A DNA stretch of 64,000 nucleotides. It comes from Lama glama. Its lineage: Eukaryota. The stretch is from contig CM052816.1 in NCBI GenBank assembly GCA_028534125.1, forward strand, positions 53,446,001 through 53,510,000. The letters are read 5' to 3'. A program made the position numbers and the translations under genes. Shown here in pieces: positions 51,216 to 63,832 of the stretch. The first letter of the stretch is position 1; every line of letters starts with the position of its first letter. A model generated the notes under the pieces. It was not told the origin of the DNA, did not search any database, and saw only the letters and a program-made list of their open reading frames with translations.

Positions 51216-53567
51216 AAATTCATGCGAGGCCTGTCCTGTCTCCTTAGTTTGCTTTTAAGCTAGTATTGTCATTACTTTCTGAACTGCTGCTGGAAGCTGT
51301 CACCCCCTGTAGGCCTGGAATGCTTTCTGAGCTGTGTCCCAGAACGGGGATGGGATACAGGAAGCCCGTCACTCCCTCGTCTGACTTGCCGCGCTTCTTG
51401 CTAGAGAGACAGGTGCCGGGGCGGGGGTGTGGGGCAGGGGTAGCCTCCTGGCCCTGTGCTAGAGTGAACCGAGCTAAGTCCACATCCCAAACCTCTGAGG
51501 CACAGAGATAAACATCATCAGGTGATTTTTTTTTTCCCCCAGACCACTGTTGAATGGGAAATGGATGTTTGATAGTTAGATGGTTTCCTGCTAGGTTCCT
51601 AAGTGAGTCAGTGGCTCTTTTAAAGCCAGAAATATGTTGAACTCTTGATCTTTGTTGCCCAAGGTTAACACTGACACACCCATCAGAGGGTTCTGGTAAG
51701 TGATAAGAGTGTGATGTGTATCAAGAAGAAAGCTTTTCTGCCCTCAAGGAGCTCAAAGTCCTGCTAGGGACCTACTGTAGCCTCAGGGCTGAGAATAATG
51801 CCTGCCACTTAGTAGGTAACTTATTCAACAACTGTTTACTAAGTACACTGAAGCAACATATGATAAAAAGCTGAGGGATGTGCACAGGCAAGTGGAAACA
51901 CACAGAATAACATTCTGGCAGGAAGTGGTGACCAGTGTCACACAGAGGTGACAATGAGATGAAAGGGGTTATTTCCAGTTAGATGAGTGCCCACGGGGTC
52001 AGCATGAGGAAGACCCGGGTTCAGGGAGCGGTTATACTGCAGTGTGACCAGATTCCCCGAGTAGCACTGGCCCGAGTGTTTAAAGCCTGTGACACCCTTC
52101 ACTGTCGCCTTCTCCGTCCCTGCAGGGCCGGCCACTCGTGACTGCCTGGCACCAGGACAGGCACACAGTCTGGACACGCCTTAGGATGACCTAGTTGGAG
52201 CCCAGATTTATCACACAATACTAAGCCTGCCATCCACTGTCTGCTTGAAATCACTGTCCAGAGAGATGAGGAGGTCCCACAGCCCGGGAGTGAGCTTGTT
52301 ACGACCTAGTGGGGGCTGAGTGTGGCCCTCACTGGGGGCTTCCCCACAGGCTGCCGGTAGCCGTAATAGAGGGCCGTCTCTGCTTCCTGTCCTTAAGAAA
52401 ATTTCTTTTGCAAACTGAGGTCTAGTCAGTCTTTACTATTTAGTGAGGAAGCAGGAGTGTGATGTCCACAGACTCACTTGTTGCTCTGTCCAGCAGAAGC
52501 CAGCCTCTAGTTCTCACACTCCTCAGGCCAGGGAAAAGGGCCGCCTTCTGTCCAAACGGGGTGACCCACAAAAATCAAGAAACCTGGCATCCATTCCCTT
52601 GGCCAGAAGGTAGTGAAAGTGTGTGGTGATGGTGTGACAGATTTGGAGGGGGGTGGCGCTAAAGCAGCAGGAAGACTGTGAGATGCCATGGAGCCCCCGC
52701 CTTCACCAGCTGAAGAGTAGGGGTTCAGGCTTGGCTCCCCCATTCCTAGCATCCCACACTCTTAAAGCTTAAGGTGGTCATCTTCAGACCAAGTAAAATA
52801 TCATGTATTATTTCAGCAACTCCTAGTCTTTCCACAACTGGGGGCTTGGCAGGATCACAGTGTTTTTCCCCCACCTAAGGGATTTGATTCAAACTTACAT
52901 TTGATAACGTATTTGATTTCAGTGCAGTAGCACGAAAATTACCTAAGACATATAATTTTGTGGCTGGTCTAATCACAGCCAGTGCTGACTGCTGATCAGG
53001 AAGATTATGACTTGACTTTCCTGGGGTGTTTCGTTCATTTATTTGTTAGCACCTTTGTTTGAGGCACTGGAAACTCAGCGATGAGATGCAGCCCCTACCC
53101 TCTCCCTTTCGGAACCCATGGAGTCTAATTACTGGAGTTAAACCCAAACCAAATGTTTAAGTTGCCCGTATAGACTCAGAATTCCTGTGTAGCAGGATGG
53201 AAATGCTGAGTTAGTCTGAAAGCTCCTTCCAGGTAAGGGGAAGCACTACTAAAATAGCAAAGGGACAGGATGATGTGGCTCGGTGATGGCTGGCGCCCAA
53301 GGGTCATGAGAGCACCAGCACCCTGTGGAGGGCCTCAGTGCAGTTGTCAAGGCTCTGCCTCCAGCCTGGGGTGGCAGCCGTGGGGTAGTTCCAAGCGACA
53401 ACCCTTCAGTTTCCTTTCATTAAATTTTTTGCTTCCCCAGCTAAGGTTGAGTCATACCCCAGGTGACCCCTTGGTGAGCGTATGCTGGCATCTTCTAGTC
53501 CTCTTGGTACAACGAACTGTGGGGATTGTTAACGAGAGAGAGGACAGGGTGAGGAGATACAAGGGTG

Positions 53568-53664
53568 GGGCTGAGGGTGCAGCTCCGGGGTAGAGCATGT
53601 GCATAGCACCTCCGTTAAAATAAACAAACCTAATTACCTACCCTCCACCCGTCCCCCCCAAAAA
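53568..53664 (+). mobile_element. Vic-1-like camelid tRNA-derived SINE with internal deletion
   Basis: gagggtgcagctc..ggtagagcatgtgcatagca head; aaataaacaaacctaattacct tail plus A-tract; 13-bp TSD agatacaagggtg at 53555-53567 and 53665-53677. Confidence 0.8.
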
Positions 53665-55314
53665 AGATACAAGGGTGAGATATCTTTTAAGGTTGGAGAA
53701 AATGGTACCTACTTGGATGTCATCGTATCAAGTCGAGCCACCCCAGAGGAAGAGGGATAGCAAGCAGGAGGTAGGTGGTTGAAGTGGAAGACCAAGGAGG
53801 TGGCACTTGCAGACCTCGGAAAGCCGTCTGGAAGGAGGCACTGCAGGGGAGAGGAATATGACAGGAGCAGAGAGGGCAAGGGTGGGAAGCAGGGAGCCAG
53901 AACACGTGGGCCTTTGAGTGCCCGGAGGGAAAAAGCCCATAAAGGCTTCCCAGTCTCAATTTTACTAGGAAGCGAAAAGAATCTGTGGGACGATGGCTGT
54001 GACTAAGGAACGCTTGTTGGGCCCCAGGAGCAGCGCAGAATCAGGACCTTGGGAGGTGAGGACCATGTGTAGCCACCTCCCTCACTAAACTTTCTGGAAT
54101 TCCTCTGATAGAAGAGCCTTTTTCTAACTAACCACCCAGAAAGACTACAAACGTCTGTTCTGGTTTTGCTCACCTGAAGGCCATCTGCTCGCTCAGCCAG
54201 ACAGAGGTCCTGCATGTTCATGGCAACCACGCTAAGGGCAGCTCTGGTGAGTGTTGGGAGGAGGCCCACCAGCCAGGGCGAGGGAGACAGAGGCAACTTC
54301 CTTCCCGACCCACTGCTGCTCTGAGATTCAGGAAAGGCTCCCCTGTGTGTGCAGGGACGGCTGCCTGGGCTGGGAGCATGTGGTCCTTCTCTTACCCTCC
54401 CATGTGGACTCCCGGTGGGCTTATAAATAATCAAGCTGAGGCTTCTGCTACTCTTAAGCATGGCACCCTTTTATGACAACTCTCCCTACTGTCTTTATGC
54501 ACAATTGATGGGCCAGTAGCAGCCACAAGATTTTAAGACAGCCTGAAGCACTTTAGGAACCTTATCTGAGCTCTGAGCAAATGGAAAAGGTGAAAAGTAC
54601 TGGAGTTGAAGGTTCCTGACTGTGCTGTGAAAAGGGGTCCGATGCTATTAAAATAAGGATTACATTTTTTTTTTAAATTGCCAGCTTCCAGAAGGATCTG
54701 AGACAGATCCTATGCATCCTATGAGCCAGAGTCTTCTGCCCCTAGTCCCTATCATCCTAAAACACATTAATTTTACTTATTGGACTTGTTTAAGCCACAG
54801 AATACAAATGATATGAGCAATTAATATTTAATTGGAGCCACAATTCAAATATAACCACTCTGGTCTTTTAAAGGGAAGAGCAGCCAATACTCCCTCACCC
54901 ACAGGCTGCATGCAGAGTGTGCCTCTGAATCCTTATGGAAGTCCCAGCGATGGTGCCTCACTGTTCCCCACCGGTAACTGAGGACCTGAGGGAGGAAACT
55001 GTCAGGGTTCCATGTGCCTTGGGTGAGGTTTCCTAGGAGACAAGATGGGGATTAATCAGAGGCCTTAATTAGAAATACAGAAGAATTAGCTCAGAAGGGT
55101 ACTGAGTTGTAGCCTGGCCTCTCCCCCATTATTACACCTTTCAAAATATAATGCCCCAAAATAAGCTGAGCTGTTTATTCGTAACTGGTGAACTTTACAC
55201 TGCTGGTGCTGAGGTGCGGGAGGGGTCTGCCGAAGGCTTTATTAGCCTGTTGTCTAGCATTAGTTTATGTTCCAGCCTTCTTGTTAGGGGTACAGAAAGA
55301 ACTCTTTACAGACT

Positions 55315-55455
55315 TTAATACTTACAACCACCTTATGAGTTAGAGATCAGCCCATTTTATAGGTGAGGAATTATACTTTGGTTAACAGACTTTCCTAAGG
55401 CCACCCAGCTCATACATGGCAGAGCTGGGATTCAGACCTCTTGTCTTAACTCCAA
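55315..55455 (-). mobile_element. MIR SINE
   Basis: cccattttataggtgaggaa...cctaaggccacccagct...tggcagagctgggattcaga. Confidence 0.75.
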
Positions 55456-56289
55456 ACTTTGACCAATCTCTCAGTCTGGGCCGTGGCCCATTATCCTGCT
55501 GGTTTGTATCCCAGCCTAAGACTGTAGGGGCTTTTCTGCTGTGTGACGTCTAGCCTTTGAATTGACTCGACATCCAGCCCAGGACCGTGCATACTCCAGA
55601 GTACCAACACTTTCTCTCTGGCCTGCCTCGTCCCCGGGGGTTGTGCTCCAAGCTCCCAGTCATTTCTGAGAAAACTGTTTTTTCCTGCCATGTGGAATAA
55701 AGCCATCCTCTTCCTGCAGCATTCTTTCACCAAGAAAGCTTGGTTAGGGACGATTTGGGATCTGGACTTCCTTAGAAGCAGCTGCTCCCGTGTGACTGGT
55801 AGCCAGGGTCAGGGGGAGGCAGGCATCACCCTCAGGCGTCTGCAAGCACAGAACAAGCACCTGAAAGTGACTTCACCTTCCATTTTATGCCTCACACTTG
55901 CCTTGCTTTATTCCTGGCCCTGGAGTAGCTCCTAACCCACCAGGGCTGGCAGGAAAAATAACCATTTATTTATGTAATAAATCACGTAGCAGTAAAGCTG
56001 TAAGGAACAGAAAAATGGACCTTTGGTGTGACAGGGTGATGGGATCAGCAGAATGGAAACAGAGCTTAGTAGTGTCTACTCAAGGGTGAGTTTACTTAAA
56101 AGCAATCAGACAAAAAATTCTTATGACGTTTGCAGGTGGTTTCTAAATGTATATGTAAATATAGAAATCTCTGTCCTAGGTATGCAGTTGGTTGTTGGTG
56201 AATGCCAGCAAACAGACGCCTCCTGGGCTTATCTTTAAAGCATCTGGTCCCTGGCATTTAACCACGGTTCTACGTGAACTCCCTGAGAC

Positions 56290-56505
56290 CAGGTGTCGGC
56301 AAACCTTTTCTGCCAAAGGCCAGATAGTAAATCATGTAGATTTTGCAGGCCATACGGTCTGTAGCAACTACTCACTGCACGGGGCCAGCCCAGAAGAGCT
56401 ATATAGGCCGTCCGTAAACGAATGGGTGGAGCTGTGCTCTAGGAAAACTTCATTTACAAGAACAAAGCCCCACTTGACCTGGGGGCCTTAGTTTGCCAAC
56501 CTCTG
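56290..56505 (+). mobile_element. MER58A hAT-Charlie element
   Basis: TIRs caggtgtcggcaaac ... gtttgccaacctctg; degenerate 8-bp TSD cctgagac/ccttaaac. Confidence 0.85.
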
Positions 56506-56810
56506 CCTTAAACCAAAAGGGAAATGCTCACTGCAGCAAGAGCCCTGCGGGAAGGAACAGCAACAAAGAGAAATTATTAGTGGGTCATATGCTAACATGA
56601 TCAAAAGAGGCTAAAAATGTTTCTAATACAGTGGTTTTCTTGAGCAGGCCACCTTAGTTGCATAAAACAGCCCCTAACACTTGGTATTGCAGAACGGCTG
56701 CCGGAGCCCAGAGCGGGCAGCCAAGGAACAGTTACACAGACCTGCGCACTTACTCACCGGACAGCGTAGAGTCCTGAGGGTTTCAGCTGTGTTTTTCTTC
56801 TGCCCCGCAG

Positions 56811-57067
56811 GCCTGTTCCTCATCCTCGGTTTGATACTCTACCCTGCTGGCTGGGGCTGCCAGAAGGCCATAGGCTACTGTGGACACTATGCATCGGCCT
56901 ACAAACCCGGAGACTGCTCCCTGGGCTGGGCCTTCTACACCGCCATCGGGGGCACGGTCCTCACCTTCATCTGTGCCGTCTTCTCCGCCCAGGCAGAAAT
57001 CGCAACCTCCAGCGACAAAGTACAGGAGGAAATAGAAGAGGGGAAAAACCTTATCTGCCTCCTTTAG
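56811..57067 (+). CDS. LHFPL2: LHFPL2 last coding exon ([17 protein letters not shown]...[10 protein letters not shown])
   Basis: Pyrimidine tract and CAG acceptor (gtttttcttctgccccgcag) ending 56810; phase-1 join G|GC gives Gly; 430+257=687 nt = 228 aa + TAG; LHFPL YPAGW motif. Confidence 0.97.
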
Positions 57068-58377
57068 TTTGGAAGAGACATTAATGCCATTTTCTTGCTC
57101 GTGTAACCTTGTGAAACAAACAGTTCACTTCTGGTTTTGTCATTTGAGTCAAATGAAGAACTAGCCTTTACCTACCAGAGCCACACTCCACAGCCCAGAG
57201 CCTTGACAGGACCAGGGACAGGCAACATCAGCTAAGCAGTGACTGCACATGAAGGCCACAGTGCCAGCTGTGAGAGATGGAACATGACAGTAATACAGAA
57301 GCCCTGACCTGCAGTTAAGTTCTGTCAGACTCCATCTCCCCCGAGGCTCTATGAAGGATGACGAGCTAAACCGTCAAAGCAGCAGTTTCTCTGGTAACAA
57401 GAGACTGTTAGCCAGATTAGCAGGCTGTTTAGAGATGTGTTTCTGCCACTAGGTTTCATGCCTGTGAGCACCTCTGCCTCAGAGTGAGGCCTGGGGATGG
57501 TGTTTTTATTTCCTCTTAGTTCTTTCAAACTGTCTCACTCAGAGACTACAACAAAGACTGCACACTTACTGGAGAGAGGATGTGTGCTCAGAGGCATAGC
57601 AAGATGTCTCTTGCTTAGCTGACCCAAGGGGTCAGCAGGGACAGTGTAGAATCCTGTTGTGGAACTGATTCTAGGCTAAATTCCAGAGTAAGTGGATCAA
57701 CTGAACTGTCACTCCAAGATTTTAGATGTTTTAAGTAAAGAAAGAAGGACCTGTCCGATCATGAGAATGAAAGTACAAAATCCTGCTAATGAAGACAAAT
57801 TCATTCCATTTCCCAGCAGCCAGGCTAGCACCAGTACTGGCCCAGTCTTCTCTAGAGAGCACGTTTCTTTCTGTTCTAGGGGCAGGACTGCGCTTTGACT
57901 GCCGAAGGGAACCTCACTTAGTTTCCTCATTCCAAGGACGAGGTCTCCAAGCCGGCTGTGGCTCATTCAGATGTTGACCGGGAGAGTTTGCAAGACTCTC
58001 AGCACTTGTGGGAAACCTTTTCCCACCGTGCGGTAACCACACTGTGGTTGGCTGTGTCCCCACTGCCAGCAGCTTGGCATTCTGTGCTGAAAAAAGGAGC
58101 TAGTCATGGGAGTTCAGTGTTTCTAGTTACTGGTATTGATCCTGAAAGCAGACTGAAATAACATTAAATTGCTCTTACTGGGGAGTTACATCAAAGGCTT
58201 CATTCCCAGGAAAGCACAAAGTAGAAAATTAATGTAAAAATGAGAGCCAGACCAAGCTCATAGCACCTGCATACACCTGTTTACAAAAATAGAACACCAC
58301 TATTAAAAAGGATTCAGGGGCTCTTAATCTAGTTTCTGTAAATTACCAACATAATTGATTCAGGAAAATGGTATTAG

Positions 58378-58439
58378 CCATCACTTCAAATTTACTTTGG
58401 AATGATCACCATCACTTCAAATTTACTTTGGAATGATCA
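58378..58439. repeat. 31-bp perfect tandem duplication in the 3' UTR
   Basis: ccatcacttcaaatttactttggaatgatca twice. Confidence 0.95.
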
Positions 58440-59813
58440 AAGTGACCAGAAAGAACTTAGTCTGGTATTACCCTGAGCTTCAAAACTGCAGAATGACATA
58501 AAGACATTTCTTTGCAATTTAAGCAAGTGGAGTGGACCTGCCAGATTTCTGGAAGGATTACAAGTATAGGTCTCTTTGGGCTTATGAATCTGGTTACTCG
58601 AGGGCTTGCTTTGTTTTGAAAATTTAATGAATAATGACACACCTTGTTTGGGCAAGGTATTGTGTGTTAAATGCCACCTGATTCAGATTTTACAGCCCTG
58701 CCTTGGATGAATCACCTTAAAGCTGTGTGAGTCTAAACCATGCCTTGCTACGGAACAACTAATTGCTTTATATACAGATGGAACGGAACAACTAAGTTTT
58801 ATTCCATTGAAGCCTTTGGCCTATAGCAGAAACCATTTTATCTCACACGTTAAGAGCTAAAGGGTAGGAGAGGTGGGGCTGTGGAACCAGATCTAATGAG
58901 CTCACCCTTCTTAGACCGAAGTTCAGAATAAGCAAAGTGTAAATCTGTGACTTTTTTTTTTTTTTTTGAAAAGAGGAGTAAATACGTACCCTCAGCAGCC
59001 TGCGGTAAGGGCTCAGGAAACAACCACCCTGTCTCTGACGCCACACAGAAACTTGTTACGGCAGCCGCTGGACAGGACTCCTGGCCTTGACTGTGTGTCT
59101 GTATGCTCTAACCAAGGCCTGATACCACCACTGTAACTACTTCTTAACCCTTGGCAATAATTTTCATTTAAAAAAAAAAAGCAGTTCCCTTTATCAGGCA
59201 AATAATCTTGATTAAAAACTCACTATTTTTCTAAAATTTATCATCAGAAGATTCACTCTTTTTCTTCTTTGACGATAGACAACCCATTTTCTAACACTAA
59301 TTTTACAATCTCACACTCCTCACAGACAAGTCATAAGCCCAGGGGATCCTCTAAGCATGTCCATCATCTTTACTGCCTGCTGTTTTTGCATTTTAGCTAA
59401 GGGGTTGGTGTATCCCTAGATCACACTGATAACAAAAGTCATAAGTGAAAATGTGGCCTCTTGGCCAGAAGAAAGTCACTTAATGGTGTTTATTTAATTA
59501 GCCTAATGCTATAGAAGAAAAAAAAAGTACATGCACACATATAAAATCCCAAACCACAAAAAAACTACTTAAACACTGATTGATTAGGCAGAGCAGAGAT
59601 GGAATTTCTCTAGCAGAGAGAGTGAAAGGTAATGTTGGGCCTTTTAAACCTGTAGTCCATTTAGCAAGGCTTCAGTTGGGATAAGTGGAATATGCAAAAT
59701 CATGCTAGTCTAGACGAAAACTGCACGGCTGTCTAAAACCACTGAATGTGAGGAATGTGTTAGAAAGAAAGAGATTAAAAACAGACTGATTGGTGACCCA
59801 TACCTATTATTCT

Positions 59814-59819
59814 AATAAA
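59814..59819 (+). terminator. Possible proximal polyadenylation signal (AATAAA)
   Basis: Canonical hexamer within the 3' UTR; usage unknown. Confidence 0.3.
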
Positions 59820-60984
59820 TGTCTATCAGTCATGTAATTGCCTCAGTCTAAAAATCTAATATACCTGGACCATTTACTACTACCCGAAAAGTCTTATTTA
59901 TTTTTGCCTGCATTTGTGCTTAAAAGTTTTGCAGTGGGGCTGGGCTTCTCAATGAACTCCAAGAAAGTGTTTGCCTTGGATTCTGTGGATTCTTTAAACC
60001 TGTGTGCTAATTCAACAATGTTACATTAATTGCTTAAGGGTTTCTGTATAGTTGTCAAACATCTGTGGTGTAATGATCTTTGTTAAACATGTATTCTGTA
60101 AAGTGCCATAGTCCTTTTTTTATGTGTAGCATATTTAAAAATATATATGTATATTATACATACACAAGTCTGTGTGAAAGATGTGCAATAACAAAGGTGT
60201 ATGTATGTTTTGTTTTTTTGGAAACTGGACAGGAGTCAGAACAGAGGCTGTTTTCTGTTTTGGCAAAGGAGAGTTAAACATTTTGCCTTCATGGCCTAGT
60301 CATTAACCCATAACAGTTTTAATGCTACACAAATCTATGTGAAGAGAAGACTGGTATGAAATCATTTTTTCCTGGGTCTAAATTAAAATAATCACTAGAC
60401 TGATGTGAAGGTTAAGCCAGCAAGGCAGGCCCAGTTAATGCTAGTCTTTCATGTGAAATGTGAAGCTGCCACGTTGCCTTTTCTGTTAGTGTGATAACTA
60501 GTAGCTGGTACATAATCACTAAGGAGCTATTTCTTAACTTGCTTTGATAGACCACGTTAATGCTAGACCACTACTTAAGGGCTAATCTCACACCTTCTTA
60601 GCCGTAAGAGTCTGGCTTAGAACAGACCTCTCTGTGCAATAACATGTGGCCACTGGAAATCCCTGGCCTGCATTTGTATTTGGGCAGCAGTGACTCCCAA
60701 GGGCCAAAAGAGTTAAAGGCATGACTGGGATTTCTTCTGAGACTGTGGTGAAACTCCTTCCAAGGCTGGGGGGTCACAGGTGCTTTGGAGGAACTCAGCA
60801 CCACTTGATATTCAACAGCCACTTGAGCCAAATATAGAATTGTATTTACCACTGATGGACTCAATTTGAGCCTTCAAATTTGTGGTTATCCTGTTATATT
60901 GTAAACTAATACATTGTTTGTCTAGCATTGATTAGGTTCCCGTGCATATGTATTTTCACAACATGCTTCCCTCCCCAGATACGA

Positions 60985-60990
60985 ATTAAA
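60985..60990 (+). terminator. Probable distal polyadenylation signal (ATTAAA)
   Basis: ATTAAA with upstream TGTA elements and downstream GT/T-rich sequence (gtatgttggtttc). Confidence 0.6.
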
Positions 60991-62439
60991 CCAGATTTTA
61001 CAAACTCATTCTGATTCTTTCAAGTCTCAGTATGTTGGTTTCAATATGATGTGTATACTTAGATATTTTCTTGATCAACCAGCCAAATTTTACTTTAAAT
61101 GCTAACTTATATGTAATATTGATGATAGGAAAAAAAATATTCAGGTATTTTAACTATACCATTCACTAGTAACATATATTCCTACCTTAGGTTAGCTTTA
61201 ACTTCAAGATATTTCTTCCTTGGAGAAGCAACAATGTAATTATAAATAAGGAACAGTAACTACAAGAGAAAAGTCAACTGAGGGACACAATCTCCTCTCC
61301 CAACAAATACACCAAAATTAAAAGCCAGCAATGGTGCAGCTGCACTCCCATGTTTCCTGAAGGTAATCTTGCCCCCAAAAAGCCTCATCCAGGAACAGAA
61401 TTCTAACTTATTAACTCAAGGAAAACACCAACAATCCTCTTCAAAAACTCTTACTCAACTCTCCGTATCACACGAAGCACTTATGTAATAGAATAAACAA
61501 AAACAGCTATTCTTCCCCCTGATCCAGGGCCTGTGACAGCTGAAACCACATTTATGATCTGGCTTCTAAACATACCTGACACGTGCCAGATTTCTAATAG
61601 CAATCAAAAACGGAATTATCCAAATCAATAAAGAAAAATATTTTCCCAAATTACGATCTAAACAATCCAAGCAAAAGTGGACATGATAAAGTTGCTCTTC
61701 CAGCTGTTACTACATCTTTCTCAAAAGTTAATCCACATGAGAAAGGACCCCGGCTTTACATTTCAGCAGAGGCTGGGGAGCCCTCATGCGTGCTTCCCGT
61801 TTTCTCCGTAGTTTTTACTTAGCAGTTCTGCTACTGCATCAACTTTCCATGATTGATCTTCCTGGAACACAGTGCATTCAACTTACTCCTAGCTCTCCTT
61901 AAAGTCTCTGCTTAACATAAAACCACTTAAGAGCAGTCTTGACCATCCTGAACATTTCCTTTAAGTGGGTTATTTCAGTACTTTCCAATAATTCAGTACC
62001 TTTTTAAACTCTCAGACACTAAAGCACAAAACCATCAGAGCAAACTTTTAGCCTACTCTCCAAAGCAGTAAGAACCAGTAATTGTCTTTGTTTCAGAGCC
62101 CTTATCCGTTGCTTAGTCATTTGTGTGGGGCCGTCCAGTGCTGGCCCTGCTATCTTCCTCCTTGCAGCTTCCTCCTCACCCTACAGAGTTTAGCAAGATA
62201 AGTCTTTAGGACATGAACTGCTCATTTTGCTTAGATACACAGAATGTAAATAAAAGCACAGATAAATAAGAGGAAGTAGTAAAACCACATGGAAAAAATC
62301 AATCAGTAACTTGTCACTGTTAGCAGCTCTTTGACTTTTTATAGCCAAATATCCTGAAAAATCTAATACTTATAGGCAAGCAGTCCACCAAATACCTACG
62401 TTTGGAAGAAACAACTAAAATTTATTCTCAAGAGAAACA

Positions 62440-62750
62440 AGCCTGAATTAAGGCGGCCGACACTGAAGACAATGAGATGAACTGCAGTGATACCAGCGAG
62501 AAAGAACGGCCAGCTTAGTGACTGATCAGAAGCAGCTGAGGAAGGAGGGAAGCATCCAGGATGACTCCCAGGTATTTAGTTTGGGCACTGGGTAGAAAGT
62601 GATGCCACCACCCAGATCAGGAACCTAACAAGAGCAGACACTGAGGTTGAAGGTTCAGCTTAGGCTGCCAATGAAGTCCTGTGTGCAGCTAGGAATACAC
62701 TGTGGAGAGGAGACCAGACTGGAGATAGAGATTTGGGAGTCATTATACAC
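62440..62750 (-). mobile_element. L2 LINE fragment
   Basis: ggatgactcccaggt...ctggagatagagatttgggagtcat. Confidence 0.6.
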
Positions 62751-62774
62751 ATATGGACAGACCATATGAGTTTT

Positions 62775-62995
62775 TAACTGTTATGCACTTTCCATGTACA
62801 GGTGCTGTGCTAAGCAATTCATATAATTCATTTGTTCATCAAAACCCTATGAATAGAAATTATCTTCATTTTATAGGTAAAATAACTATCACTTAAGTAA
62901 ATTAACTGAGGGTAAGCAGCTTACCCTCACATTAAAAAGCTAGTAAGTAGCAAAGCCAAGGCTCAAATACAGGTTTGACACCAAAGTCTACATTC
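62775..62995 (-). mobile_element. MIR SINE
   Basis: gtgctaagcaattcatat...cattttataggt...gctagtaagtagcaaagccaaggctcaaa. Confidence 0.65.
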
Positions 62996-63689
62996 TCAAG
63001 CAGCTGTAGTTTCCTTCTGCCTAGGATGTACGAGGTGAGGAGACGGCAAATACAAACCACCTGGGAACACCAACATCTCTGGGTAGTATACTGTTAGGAT
63101 GACTTCCAAGTTTAACCCCAAAAAGGATGCACTCTAAGTTTGCAACTGATGAAAACACTGCTGAGAAAAACCTGGTAATTTTTCATGCTTTTCAAGATGA
63201 CACCATATGTCTCAATTCCCATATTCCTAAAAACAGACGCTAAAAATTTATCAGGTATATGACAGTTGTTTAAAAAAATGAGTTTTTATTGTTTTCTTAT
63301 TGTAAATAATCTCTCATCCTGGAGGCCTATTCTTTGTTAACCTAATCAAGATTTGTTTTCAGCTAAAGTTTGTCCAAACACACACACAAAGACAAAAGTA
63401 AGTGAACACTGCTGTGAAAGACAGGCAGAAGGTACTTACCCACACGTTGTGCAGTTAGGCCTTGGTCTGGAAATTTCAAAATTACATGTTGTAATTTTTT
63501 CTTGATTACTGATTTTTTTCCTAGGCTCCAATGACCCTAAAGGATGGATATGAATTACTGGAAATGTGGAAGGATGGAAAGTAAGTAGAGAATTGGAAAG
63601 AGGTGACACTCAGTGGCAGAAGCAATCCCACACCTGGCAGCAGTCAGGGGACATGGGTCTAGCTGCCCCTCCTTAGCCCATCACCACCA

Positions 63690-63832
63690 CTCACTGAGTG
63701 ACTGAGATAATTTCACATTCCTCTATAAAAATGAGGCCAATAATGGAAATTCCATCATAGGTTTGGTGTAAGGATTAAGTAATGGATGTAAAACACTTAG
63801 ATAGTCTCTGGTATACAGTAAGTCCTCCATAA
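63690..63832 (+). mobile_element. MIR SINE fragment
   Basis: ctataaaaatgagg...aggattaag...gtaaaacacttag...ctggtatacagtaagt. Confidence 0.65.

Larger units (their letters stand above)
57068..61010 (+). other. LHFPL2: LHFPL2 3' UTR (~3.9 kb)
   Basis: Repeat-poor AT-rich sequence after the stop codon, ending at an ATTAAA followed by a GT/T-rich tract; 3' end approximate. Confidence 0.7.

Noticed and set aside
56681..56810. N-terminal part of the 128-aa ORF
   Set aside because: Intronic sequence upstream of the acceptor; starts at TTG rather than ATG
57053..57106. C-terminal CaaX motif or stop-codon readthrough
   Set aside because: The Cys is third from the end (ICLL), so not CaaX; the stop context TAG-TTT is not the UGA-CUAG readthrough motif
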